Source: a virus. Taken from it: DNA of 64,000 nucleotides. Shown here in pieces: positions 1 through 8,660 of this stretch. The number at the start of each line of letters is the position of its first letter. Within the stretch, counting starts at the first letter, position 1. Below the pieces are notes generated by a model that ran no database searches, was not told the origin of the DNA, and saw only the letters and a list, made by a program, of their open reading frames with translations. The translations under genes and the position numbers were made by a program. The DNA lies in the IMG/VR virus record IMGVR_UViG_3300027917_000024, positions 41,151-105,150 of that record; one strand, 5' to 3'.

Positions 1-12
1 TCAGGAGGCTTT

Positions 13-399
13 ATGAGCAAACGTAAACTTGAAGATATGTTTGCAGAAATTGATGAGCAAGAAGAAATCGAAAACATAGAAGAGCTAGTAAATGAGCTGT
101 GGGATGTATACCACCGGTTCTCGGAATTATCGCACAGAGTCATGAGAGTATTCAAAAGGTATATGCCAGGGAAGAATGAGCGTATCGGTTTGAGTAACTA
201 TATCCTCACACTCTTTGACAAGCATGAAAAACTGACTCGGCAGGATATCATGGAGTATCTCATAATAGGTGATTTTGAATATACAATATCTTCAAAAAGT
301 CTTACGGATAGCCTGTACTTTCTCTTAAAAACTAATAGGCTAATTCGGTACAAAGATCCATCAACTGGAGAGCATTGTTATAAAAGGGGGAATGGATAA
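13..399 (+). CDS. hypothetical protein, possible winged-helix DNA-binding domain
   Basis: AGGAGG RBS at 3-8. The C-terminal half has a wHTH-like pattern (ILTLFDKHEKLTRQDIMEYL...SLYFLLKTNRLIR..G..Y). The stop overlaps the polymerase start (TAATG). Confidence 0.55.
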   Translation: MSKRKLEDMFAEIDEQEEIENIEELVNELWDVYHRFSELSHRVMRVFKRYMPGKNERIGLSNYILTLFDKHEKLTRQDIMEYLIIGDFEYTISSKSLTDSLYFLLKTNRLIRYKDPSTGEHCYKRGNG

Positions 400-3272
400 T
401 GTCTGGTGTTTGTACTCTGTGTGGGCTATATAAAACTACAACGAATGTGAAAATCGATAGTGTTGTAGGTGAGATCAAGGCTACTGAGTGCAAAGAACCT
501 ATTGAGATAGCATTTATTGCGGAGGCCCCTGGAAAAGTCGAGGAGGAAAAAGGTATTCCTTTAGTGGGTCCTGCTGGAATGAACTTAGATACTGCTCTTA
601 AATCGGCAGAAATTGATAGGTCTCGTGTGTTCGTTGGTAATATCTGCCGCTGCAAGCCTCCTAATAATCGAACCCCAAGCAGAACTGAGCAGCAGAAATG
701 CTATCCCTATCTGTTAAAAGAGCTCAAAAAAGTCAAACCTAAAGTAATTGTGTGTTTAGGACTTGCAGCCACGAAGACTATTCTCAAAGACAGTACAATT
801 AGGATGAAAGATGCACATGGTAGAGCATATAGTGGTAAACCTCTTTTAGGCTTTGACTGTATCATTGTCCCTACTTGGCATCCCAGTCCTACAACTTTCA
901 TAAATAACGAAGATCGGCGATTCCAGATGATGGCTGACATTCGTATAGCTAAAAGCCATTTAGAGGGTGAATCATTAAAGGATAAAAAGGACTGGCTTTC
1001 AATCACTGTTGCAAATTATGAGACTTGGCTCTTGGTTCTTCCAATACTCAAGAAGGCAACCCATTTTACCATCGACGTGGAAACAACTGGACTGAATGTT
1101 TTTGCTAAAAATGCGGAAATCACAAATTTTGGAATAACATCCCATGGTAATTATGGTATTTCTGTTATTTGTAGAGAAGGAGATTGGATTAGAACAAACA
1201 AAGATGGAACTATCCACGACTATTTCAATGATTTTCTTACTGATCTCGAAGAGTTAATGGATACAATACCTACTGTTGCTCATAATATGTGCTTTGATGC
1301 CAAATACATGAAGAAAAAGTGGAACATCTGGCCAAAAAAATGGCTCTGGGATACGATGCTGGGCCACTCAATTATTAGCCCAGGAGGTTCTGCCAAACTA
1401 AAGGACATAAGTTGGCAATATACTCCTAAGATGGGAGGGTATGAACATGAATTGTTACAGGCTGGTGGGTTGGAGAAAGCAAATGCGTATGAGAGAGTAG
1501 ATTACAATGTTGGTGATATCGTTTGTACGGATCGGATATATAATAGGCAACTTGAGATCTTAGAAAAAGAGAAGAAGTTATTTCTTATGCAGAAGATTCT
1601 TATGCCAGCCGCTGAAATCTTCGCAGAGATGGAGTATATAGGAGTTGCTATTGATGAATATGTTCTTAGAAACCTAGAGAAAGACTATGGAAAACGACTG
1701 TTAGATGAAAAAACAAAAATATATATGCACGGTACTATAATGCAATATAACAGAACACACGGTGGCTTCAATCCCAGTTCAACAGATCAAGTTGGACAAG
1801 TGTTATTTGATAAGAAGTATTGTGGATTTACAGTCATAGACGTATCTGACAAAACCGGAAAACCATCCTGCTCCAAAAAAGTTCTTGTTGAGTTACAGAG
1901 GAAATATAACAGTAAACTTGTAAGTATGATTCTAGACTACCGTGCGCTGTTAAAGCTTCATAGTACCTATCTCAAGGGAATGAAATCACAGCTAATCAAT
2001 GGTCGGATACACACAAACTATCACCTAAACGTTGCGAGGTCAGGGCGTACAAGCTCGTGTGTTGCGGAGGGAACTTTGGTAGATGTTGTACGAGATTTAT
2101 CTAGGTATCCTAATGGTATTCCAATCGAAGATATACGCCCAGGAGATTATGTATACTGTTATGATAATAAATGTAACCTAACAATCAGGAAAGTAAAATG
2201 GGCAGGAAGGACTGGAAGAGAGAAAGTATTAAAACTAAAATGGATTGGTGCTGGTAGAAAGTTTTCGGGAGAATTGAAAGTAACTCCTGAGCATAAAATC
2301 CGCCATTCTGATGGACATTATATAGAAGCAATAGATTGTAAAGGAATAAATACTCTAGCACTTAGTAGAAGTTTGCGTAAATCTGGTAAAAGTAGGCTAT
2401 TAATTTTAGATGTGTTAGATGAAGGAGAGATGGTCGATGTTTATAATCTTGAAGTAGAAGAGTTTCACAACTTTATTGCTAATGGTATCTGTATAAAAAA
2501 TAGTGGACCCAACCTTCAAAATATACCCGAAGATAGTGATATAAAATCTATGTTTATTCCAGATGTGGGATTTAGATTTATTGATTTGGATTATCGGCAG
2601 ATGGAATTGGTTGTCTCTGCCTATTATACTGGTGATGAGGTTATGAAAAAGGCCATACTTTCTGGTGATGCTCATACATATATTGCAAAATTAATTTTTG
2701 GTATGGCAGAGGTAAGTGAAGATAATAGAAGGTTTGTAAAGACACTTAATTTTGGGGTTCTCTATGGAATGGGAGCTGGGAAGTTAGCAGAATCACTTGG
2801 TATAGAGGAAGACGATGCAAGAAGGCACATAAAAGAATATTTTAATATTTTGAAGGCTACAAAAACTTGGATAGATAGAAGGCGGTGGCATGCTGAACAT
2901 AAGGGATTTGTTACATCTAAATTTGGACGTATCAGGAAGTATAAAGCAAGGGAGGAAATTCTTCCAGGCGAGAAGGTTGAATATAACTCCGCTGTCAACC
3001 ACCCTATACAATCACTAGCATCTGATCTTATGCTCTACGCTATGGTACAATGGAAAAAGTATTTAGTAAAACGTGGTTTGTATCCACATGATGCTTACAT
3101 GGCATTACAGGTACACGACTCTATTGTTAGTTGTGTCAAAGAGCAACTAGTTGAAGAACTCCTTCTGGCTAAAAAGAACGTATTTGAGTCAATCAAGTTC
3201 GAATTTATGACATTACCGTTATCAGTAGAACTAAAAACAGGCCATGATTGGGGTAACTTATCGAAAACATAG
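399..3272 (+). CDS. polA: family A DNA polymerase with N-terminal family-4 uracil-DNA glycosylase domain, 3'-5' exonuclease and a mini-intein
   Basis: UDG4 motifs CTLC, AEAPG, PLVGPAG, CRCKPPNNRTP, WHPS. Exo I-III: DVETTG, HNMCFD, YNVGD. Pol motifs PNLQNIP, DYRQME (A), KTLNFGVLYGMG (B), QVHDS (C). Confidence 0.95.
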   Translation: MSGVCTLCGLYKTTTNVKIDSVVGEIKATECKEPIEIAFIAEAPGKVEEEKGIPLVGPAGMNLDTALKSAEIDRSRVFVGNICRCKPPNNRTPSRTEQQKCYPYLLKELKKVKPKVIVCLGLAATKTILKDSTIRMKDAHGRAYSGKPLLGFDCIIVPTWHPSPTTFINNEDRRFQMMADIRIAKSHLEGESLKDKKDWLSITVANYETWLLVLPILKKATHFTIDVETTGLNVFAKNAEITNFGITSHGNYGISVICREGDWIRTNKDGTIHDYFNDFLTDLEELMDTIPTVAHNMCFDAKYMKKKWNIWPKKWLWDTMLGHSIISPGGSAKLKDISWQYTPKMGGYEHELLQAGGLEKANAYERVDYNVGDIVCTDRIYNRQLEILEKEKKLFLMQKILMPAAEIFAEMEYIGVAIDEYVLRNLEKDYGKRLLDEKTKIYMHGTIMQYNRTHGGFNPSSTDQVGQVLFDKKYCGFTVIDVSDKTGKPSCSKKVLVELQRKYNSKLVSMILDYRALLKLHSTYLKGMKSQLINGRIHTNYHLNVARSGRTSSCVAEGTLVDVVRDLSRYPNGIPIEDIRPGDYVYCYDNKCNLTIRKVKWAGRTGREKVLKLKWIGAGRKFSGELKVTPEHKIRHSDGHYIEAIDCKGINTLALSRSLRKSGKSRLLILDVLDEGEMVDVYNLEVEEFHNFIANGICIKNSGPNLQNIPEDSDIKSMFIPDVGFRFIDLDYRQMELVVSAYYTGDEVMKKAILSGDAHTYIAKLIFGMAEVSEDNRRFVKTLNFGVLYGMGAGKLAESLGIEEDDARRHIKEYFNILKATKTWIDRRRWHAEHKGFVTSKFGRIRKYKAREEILPGEKVEYNSAVNHPIQSLASDLMLYAMVQWKKYLVKRGLYPHDAYMALQVHDSIVSCVKEQLVEELLLAKKNVFESIKFEFMTLPLSVELKTGHDWGNLSKT
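2058..2501 (+). mobile_element. mini-intein (148 aa, no endonuclease) in DNA polymerase
   Basis: Starts CVAEGTLV, has block B TPEH, and ends VYNLEVEEFHNFIANGICIKN followed by +1 Ser. Removal restores GRTSS-SGPNLQNIP. Confidence 0.92.
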
Positions 3273-3345
3273 GATAAAAAATTTCAACTTTTTTTGATAA
3301 AAACACCATTCTCATGCATCTTTAATAATAGAGGAGGAAAAAGAC

Positions 3346-3534
3346 ATGGCACAAAAAGTGGAAGACATTACTGGTACAAGTATTTCATTCAGAATTACTT
3401 ATGAGCAAAAACAAAAATTACTGAAGATTGCAGAGGAAGTGGAAAAGGGATGTGGAACTCCAGCAACTCTTACAGACATTATCAAGACTGCAGTGAAACA
3501 GACCTGGGGAATCGATTTATATAAGGAGAAATAA
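3346..3534 (+). CDS. small ribbon-helix-helix-like DNA-binding protein
   Basis: GAGGAGG RBS. The pattern SISFRITYEQKQKLLKIAE...TLTDIIKTAV is RHH-like. Confidence 0.6.
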   Translation: MAQKVEDITGTSISFRITYEQKQKLLKIAEEVEKGCGTPATLTDIIKTAVKQTWGIDLYKEK

Positions 3535-3535
3535 G

Positions 3536-3928
3536 ATGGGAGATCTAGAACTTGATCTTTCGATTGCGGCGAACAATACCCCACTACTTCTTGAGCAACT
3601 ACAAAAGTCTCCTCATATTTATTGGCAGTTTGCAATGAAATATGAAGAAGCGAAGCGAGCAGTGGCCAATCAAAAGCTGGAGATAAAGGTACGGGAAGCA
3701 ACACTTTCAAGGAATCTAAGAGACGAAAAAGGAAAAGCACTATCTGATGCAAAGATAGAGAGAATGCTTTTTACTTTTGATGAGTATTGTTCGTTACATG
3801 AGGAACTGAACAAGAGAAAGGAGATTGAAGGGAAGTGTAGTGCTATTGTAAGGGCTCTTGAGCAGAGACACCACATTATGACAACCGTGGCCTCACTCAT
3901 TAAACACGAACTCAGACAAAGTATTTAG
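3536..3928 (+). CDS. UvsY-like recombination mediator (helical)
   Basis: 130-aa coiled-coil with K-x-LSDAKIE and ALEQR motifs typical of UvsY-like proteins, upstream of SSB and RecA. Confidence 0.6.
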   Translation: MGDLELDLSIAANNTPLLLEQLQKSPHIYWQFAMKYEEAKRAVANQKLEIKVREATLSRNLRDEKGKALSDAKIERMLFTFDEYCSLHEELNKRKEIEGKCSAIVRALEQRHHIMTTVASLIKHELRQSI

Positions 3929-4021
3929 AAAGGAGGATTCTACGCAAAATTAATTCAAAACCAATAAAAATTCAAAACAAGCAACAAGCAAGTACCGCAA
4001 AAAGCAAAAAGGAGATTAAAA

Positions 4022-5005
4022 ATGGACAAATTCGATGTCAACTTAGATGCTAATGTAAGAAAGAGACTATTCTTCGGCAAGGTATGTGAAGCTCAAAAGG
4101 GTGGAGATTGCCAAGAGTGTGCTAAGGCAAGTGATCTATTTCGTCAATCAAGAGCACAATCAGATCAAGGAAAAAAGAAAGAACTAGAAGATCAAGCCAG
4201 AGGTCTCTATGCCAAGAGCCGCATCTTTATCAATGCCATTAATGTGAGGGACGAGGACAAAACATATCCTGTTCGTATCTATGCAATACCTCCTCTTGTC
4301 TATGATGAGGTAATCAGTGTAATCAGAGGTGCGAGGCAACTTGATCCGCAAAAGAATGTTTTTCATCCATTAACTGGCCATAATATACTCATCACAAAAA
4401 GAGGAAGTGGAATCCTCACACGATATTCCACACAGCTAGACCAAAATCCAAGTAAGATTCCAAACGAGGAATTACTTGCACAACTTCAGGGGGGAGATCG
4501 TAGTGGTCTACACAATCTTAATATGGTTGAGGAGTTTATCAATGACAATTATTTACACATCACCACCCTCAATAATGACCAGAATCTGATAAGGCTTCTT
4601 CCTCCGTTTGAAGATCAGACCATTTACAAAGAGATTAAATTCCATAGATTCACTATAGGTTCTTACAGGAGCATTAGTGATGGAAATAGTGGAAGTAGAG
4701 TTCCTGATCCAAAAGAATCAGGTCATAGTTTAGATGGTCCTAGTTTTGATGACCAAGGTATGCAGGACGAATTTGATCCATCTGCTCTCGAAGATATTCA
4801 AGAATTTACTCCTGATACCAATCCAGCACAAGCAGAACCCGTCCCTGTTAAAACTGAAGCACTACCACAAACCTCTAATGATTCAGTAGTTAATGCTTTA
4901 AAGGAGGAAATTAAGAAAATCGAGGCGGGTGCTGGGAAGGAGGAAACAGAGAGGATTTTGGAACGGCTCAAAGAGATTAAGAGTGAAGCTATAGGAAGTA
5001 CCTAG
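4022..5005 (+). CDS. T4 gp32-like single-stranded DNA-binding protein (apparently circularly permuted)
   Basis: C-x7-C-x2-C, RIFINAI, GHNILITKRGSG..TRY and IRLLPP...FH motifs, an acidic C-terminal region and an AAGGAG RBS. Confidence 0.75.
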   Translation: MDKFDVNLDANVRKRLFFGKVCEAQKGGDCQECAKASDLFRQSRAQSDQGKKKELEDQARGLYAKSRIFINAINVRDEDKTYPVRIYAIPPLVYDEVISVIRGARQLDPQKNVFHPLTGHNILITKRGSGILTRYSTQLDQNPSKIPNEELLAQLQGGDRSGLHNLNMVEEFINDNYLHITTLNNDQNLIRLLPPFEDQTIYKEIKFHRFTIGSYRSISDGNSGSRVPDPKESGHSLDGPSFDDQGMQDEFDPSALEDIQEFTPDTNPAQAEPVPVKTEALPQTSNDSVVNALKEEIKKIEAGAGKEETERILERLKEIKSEAIGST

Positions 5006-5006
5006 T

Positions 5007-5390
5007 ATGGATCTGCTTGGGCGAGATAAATTATATGCTACGGAATGGGTTGAGCGAACATTTGAATATGTTCGCTCAGCCAGGACCGTATTGAGAGAGA
5101 CAGGAGAACTTTCATTCATCTTAACATTTCAGCCGAGAGATTTTGAGCCTAGAAAGGACCTCGATGATATTATTGCTATTTCTGAATCAGTGATGATTTA
5201 TGATATTAACTTGTATATTGACTCATACTATTTCATTTACCAAGTTGGAGAAGAGACAACACATAAAGTTGGTCATATCTACACAGAGGATCTTTTAGCA
5301 TATAATCGGAAGCTAATAACTTTTGAGCAAGTAATGGAGAAATTAGAATACACCAGCCTACTTGAAACCGATGATAAAGATAGATCCTAA
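5007..5390 (+). CDS. hypothetical protein
   Basis: Tightly packed ORF on the coding strand, no recognised motif. Confidence 0.55.
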   Translation: MDLLGRDKLYATEWVERTFEYVRSARTVLRETGELSFILTFQPRDFEPRKDLDDIIAISESVMIYDINLYIDSYYFIYQVGEETTHKVGHIYTEDLLAYNRKLITFEQVMEKLEYTSLLETDDKDRS

Positions 5391-5703
5391 TCTTGAGTCA
5401 GCTTGGGAGTTGATGATAGAAAATCAAGATGTTTTTAGTGAGAAGGATTTAATAGTACTTCTTGAAGGACATCTTAATTATGATGTGGCAATAGGACTAC
5501 GAGGTATAGATGCAATCCCGCCGTGCTATCAGTATGCTCCGTGTATAGATTGTGTATATGTAAATTTTTGTAGGAATCAAGAACGACGGCTTCAAGGAGG
5601 ATTAAGTGATGCAAGTAGACGAATCGATGAAGACAGTTACCGCAAACAACTGCTTAAAGATCTCGGTAGAATTCTCTCTGACAGTGAATCTTGGGAATTT
5701 TAA
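5362..5703 (+). CDS. hypothetical protein with Cys cluster (C-x5-C-x2-C-x5-C)
   Basis: Fills the gap between neighbours and has a possible metal-binding motif. Its 3' end overlaps the next ORF by about 100 nt. Confidence 0.45.
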   Translation: MKPMIKIDPNLESAWELMIENQDVFSEKDLIVLLEGHLNYDVAIGLRGIDAIPPCYQYAPCIDCVYVNFCRNQERRLQGGLSDASRRIDEDSYRKQLLKDLGRILSDSESWEF

Positions 5704-5872
5704 TAGTGCCAAACTGGGATGCTCGATGGAAGATATTATTGAGAATGAGGACGAATTCGAGATCAAGTTCGATCATATATACAAAAAGTTAAGGCGTAAA
5801 GTTGTAAATGAACTTGCTGATATTAATAAAGAATATATTGCTGGGAAAAAGGATCGGGGGATTGCTGGATGA
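5606..5872 (+). CDS. conserved phage hypothetical protein (TVNLGNFNSAK motif)
   Basis: AAGGAGGA RBS. The NLGNF/Y motif is typical of small proteins in phage recombination modules. Confidence 0.6.
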   Translation: MMQVDESMKTVTANNCLKISVEFSLTVNLGNFNSAKLGCSMEDIIENEDEFEIKFDHIYKKLRRKVVNELADINKEYIAGKKDRGIAG

Positions 5873-6369
5873 ATAAGAATCAAAAGCTGAGAAATATTAT
5901 TGAATATGGTGGTGATGATGTAGAAGTTACTAGAATAACAAATACTCTCTACAGGGTTGGATACTGTAGCCGATGTGGGAGCTGTTGTAAGAATATCGAT
6001 ATAAGTAGCCGAGTGAGTGAATATGTTATTGAATGGTTAAAGGGATATGGTGTTGGTGTGCAGGTAAAGGATAATATTTTTGAGAGTCCAGATGAGCGGT
6101 CCAAATATGAGTATTCCGCAACCCTTAGTTTTCCTATTACGTGCAAACACCTAGACGAGGTACGGGCAGAAGTCGACAAAAAAGCGACCTGTCTATGTAC
6201 ATGTAAAAGATATAAGGATCGACCAGCAGTATGTAAATTATATCCAAGAAAAACGTCTAAATGGCCAACGTGTACATATGTATTTCTAGATGATGACAAC
6301 ATGAAATGGTTCGTAAGCGAGTGGGAGAAAAAACATGGCAAAGAGAAAAAAATCAAGTTCGTCTCTTGA
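5869..6369 (+). CDS. YkgJ-like CxxCxxCC cysteine-cluster (Zn/Fe-S) protein
   Basis: CSRCGSCC ... CKHL ... CKRYKDRPAVCKLYP. Confidence 0.8.
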   Translation: MNKNQKLRNIIEYGGDDVEVTRITNTLYRVGYCSRCGSCCKNIDISSRVSEYVIEWLKGYGVGVQVKDNIFESPDERSKYEYSATLSFPITCKHLDEVRAEVDKKATCLCTCKRYKDRPAVCKLYPRKTSKWPTCTYVFLDDDNMKWFVSEWEKKHGKEKKIKFVS

Positions 6370-7477
6370 TTCTAACACACTTGAACAGAACGCCGATAAT
6401 ATCATAAGCCAACTTACAAAAGAATTTGGGGAAGGTACAGCTTTTCGAAGTGAATCTAATTTTGAGTTTTCTAATAAAGGTGTTATCTCAACTGGCATCC
6501 TTAGTCTAGATCGAGCTCTCGGAGTTGGAGGGCTACCAATTGGAAGGATTATAGAAGTATTCGGTACGGAGATGTCAGGCAAGAGCAGCTTAGCATTCAA
6601 GGCAGCTGGTGAGGCGCAGCGTAAGGGTATTGTTGCTGTATATATCGATCTGGAACATTCTCTTGATATGGAACTGGCAAGAAATAGTGGTATGGATATT
6701 GTGGAGAACTGTGTAATTTCCCAACCGGCATTTGGCGAAGAAGCTATGAAAACTATTGAGATGATTATCCGTGGGGGCTATAAGGTTTTCGTAGTGGTTG
6801 ACTCTGTCGCCGCATTATTACCAAAAGTAGAACTTGATACTGGATTTACAGAGCCTACCCAACTTGGACGGCAAGCCGCACTTATGACAGAGGCACTACG
6901 AAAACTTGCTGGTCTTATTTCAAAATCAGATTGTACAGTATTATTTGTAAATCAAACCCGCCAGAAGATTGGTAGTTACTTCCCAGGAGCAAAGAGTACT
7001 CCTGGTGGTAATGCCTTGAAATTCTACTCATCAATCCGTCTCCAGGTTAGTAATGTAGGAAAGCTGACACAAGGAACAGATATTGTAGGTCATACTGCCA
7101 AAATAAAAGTTGAGAAGAACAAACTAGCAGCACCATTCAAGGAAGTTAATGTCGATTTATTTTATGGGAGCGGTTTTTGCGGGATTGCTGATATTCTAAA
7201 AATTGCTGAAGCTCATGATATTGTAACTCGCTCTGGTTCCTGGTATGCATACGGCGAAGAAAAATTGGGGCAAGGACTTTTTAGTAGTTTAAAAACTTTG
7301 ATTACAAATCCAGAATGGTATTTCGAGATACGAGATCAAGTTGCTAATCTGTTAGGGACCACTTTAACCCATAGGGAAATGTATTATGATAAAACCATAA
7401 AAATTGGAGACGAAGTGTGGCAACCAGAAACAATCGATAACAAGGATATTCCCGATTCTACAGTAAAGGCAGAGTAA
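6335..7477 (+). CDS. recA: RecA recombinase
   Basis: ISTGILSLDRALGVGGLPIGRIIEVFG, Walker A GTEMSGKS, VVDSVAAL, TPGGNALKFYSSIRL, KNKLAAPFK, GSWYAY. Confidence 0.97.
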   Translation: MAKRKKSSSSLDSNTLEQNADNIISQLTKEFGEGTAFRSESNFEFSNKGVISTGILSLDRALGVGGLPIGRIIEVFGTEMSGKSSLAFKAAGEAQRKGIVAVYIDLEHSLDMELARNSGMDIVENCVISQPAFGEEAMKTIEMIIRGGYKVFVVVDSVAALLPKVELDTGFTEPTQLGRQAALMTEALRKLAGLISKSDCTVLFVNQTRQKIGSYFPGAKSTPGGNALKFYSSIRLQVSNVGKLTQGTDIVGHTAKIKVEKNKLAAPFKEVNVDLFYGSGFCGIADILKIAEAHDIVTRSGSWYAYGEEKLGQGLFSSLKTLITNPEWYFEIRDQVANLLGTTLTHREMYYDKTIKIGDEVWQPETIDNKDIPDSTVKAE

Positions 7478-7478
7478 T

Positions 7479-8660
7479 ATGCGAACAGAACATATAGATC
7501 TCGGTGACACAAATCAGATCATTCTTTTCTCTGATATACATTTCCACGAGTACAAACCATTCTCTAAACCTACGACAGATGGGATTGGTTCTAGGTTTCA
7601 ATGGATCTTACATGCAATGGATCTTATTTTCGAGTATGCCGTAGCAGAGAAGATAAAACATTTATTCTTTCTCGGCGATCTCTACCATCAGCGTACCCTC
7701 ATATATAGTGTCGTATTTGACAGGGTAGCAGCTTGTATCGAGAGGGCCAAAGAATCTGGATTGGAAATACATGCTATATTAGGGAACCATGACTATGTAT
7801 ATAATAATGACAATTCTCCTTCTATCGTAAAGAGAATTCGAGGGTTGGATGTTATAGATTCTCCTACTTTGTATCTTTTAAGAGATAGGGACGAGAAGAT
7901 AGGATGTATGCCCTTCCGATTCAAACTTCCACAACTAAGAGAGGATCTGAAGGAGCTGCGTGAAGCTATAGAGGATTTGCCACCACACCAAATTGATGCT
8001 GACCATTTACTTTTAGGGCATTTTGAGATAGATGGTGCCGCAGTGAATGATGAATATGTTCTGAGTGAAGTAATTGATAAAAGCGAATTTGAAGGAACTC
8101 ACTTTAAGTTTATATTGTCTGGTCATATACACAAACGTCAGGCTCTCGCTACTAATAATGGTCAAGTGATTGAATATATTGGTACTCCTTTACAGCACAC
8201 TTTTACAAATGAAGGATCCCCATACGGTTTTGTTGTTTATGATTTTGAAGGAGAAGCCAAGTCAAAACACATCGAACTGAGTGATATGGCCGATTTTCCA
8301 GAGTTTGTTACCTTGGAATTTCGTTCACAAGACGATGTAAAGGCAGCTATTCGTGATAAGAAAAATAGGTTTAACATTGACTATTACAGACTAAGAACTT
8401 ATGCAGATGATCTCAAATTAGAGAGTATATTCAAAAGGCTTCCTAACTATACTTTTGAACCAATGGGGGTGGAGACTAGCCAGAACACCGAATCTGAGGA
8501 GGATGAAGGTGCGCTTAAATTCAACTTAAATATTGGTCATTATTTAAGATTATTTGCAGAGCAGGAAGCGGGTACACAAACATTGGATTGGCTTGATATT
8601 AATCTGCTTGTGGAATATCTAATGAAAGTAGCAACAAAAGGAAATATATGTCTAGAGTAA
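7479..8660 (+). CDS. sbcD: SbcD/Mre11-like metallophosphoesterase nuclease
   Basis: SDIH, GDLYH, GNHD, GH and SGHIH motifs, adjacent to an SbcC-like ATPase. Confidence 0.9.
   Translation: MRTEHIDLGDTNQIILFSDIHFHEYKPFSKPTTDGIGSRFQWILHAMDLIFEYAVAEKIKHLFFLGDLYHQRTLIYSVVFDRVAACIERAKESGLEIHAILGNHDYVYNNDNSPSIVKRIRGLDVIDSPTLYLLRDRDEKIGCMPFRFKLPQLREDLKELREAIEDLPPHQIDADHLLLGHFEIDGAAVNDEYVLSEVIDKSEFEGTHFKFILSGHIHKRQALATNNGQVIEYIGTPLQHTFTNEGSPYGFVVYDFEGEAKSKHIELSDMADFPEFVTLEFRSQDDVKAAIRDKKNRFNIDYYRLRTYADDLKLESIFKRLPNYTFEPMGVETSQNTESEEDEGALKFNLNIGHYLRLFAEQEAGTQTLDWLDINLLVEYLMKVATKGNICLE

Noticed and set aside
3273-3345. Possible promoter upstream of the RHH gene (TTGATA at 3294)
   Set aside because: No good -10 hexamer at 16-18 nt spacing. 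It is AT-rich but not supportable.
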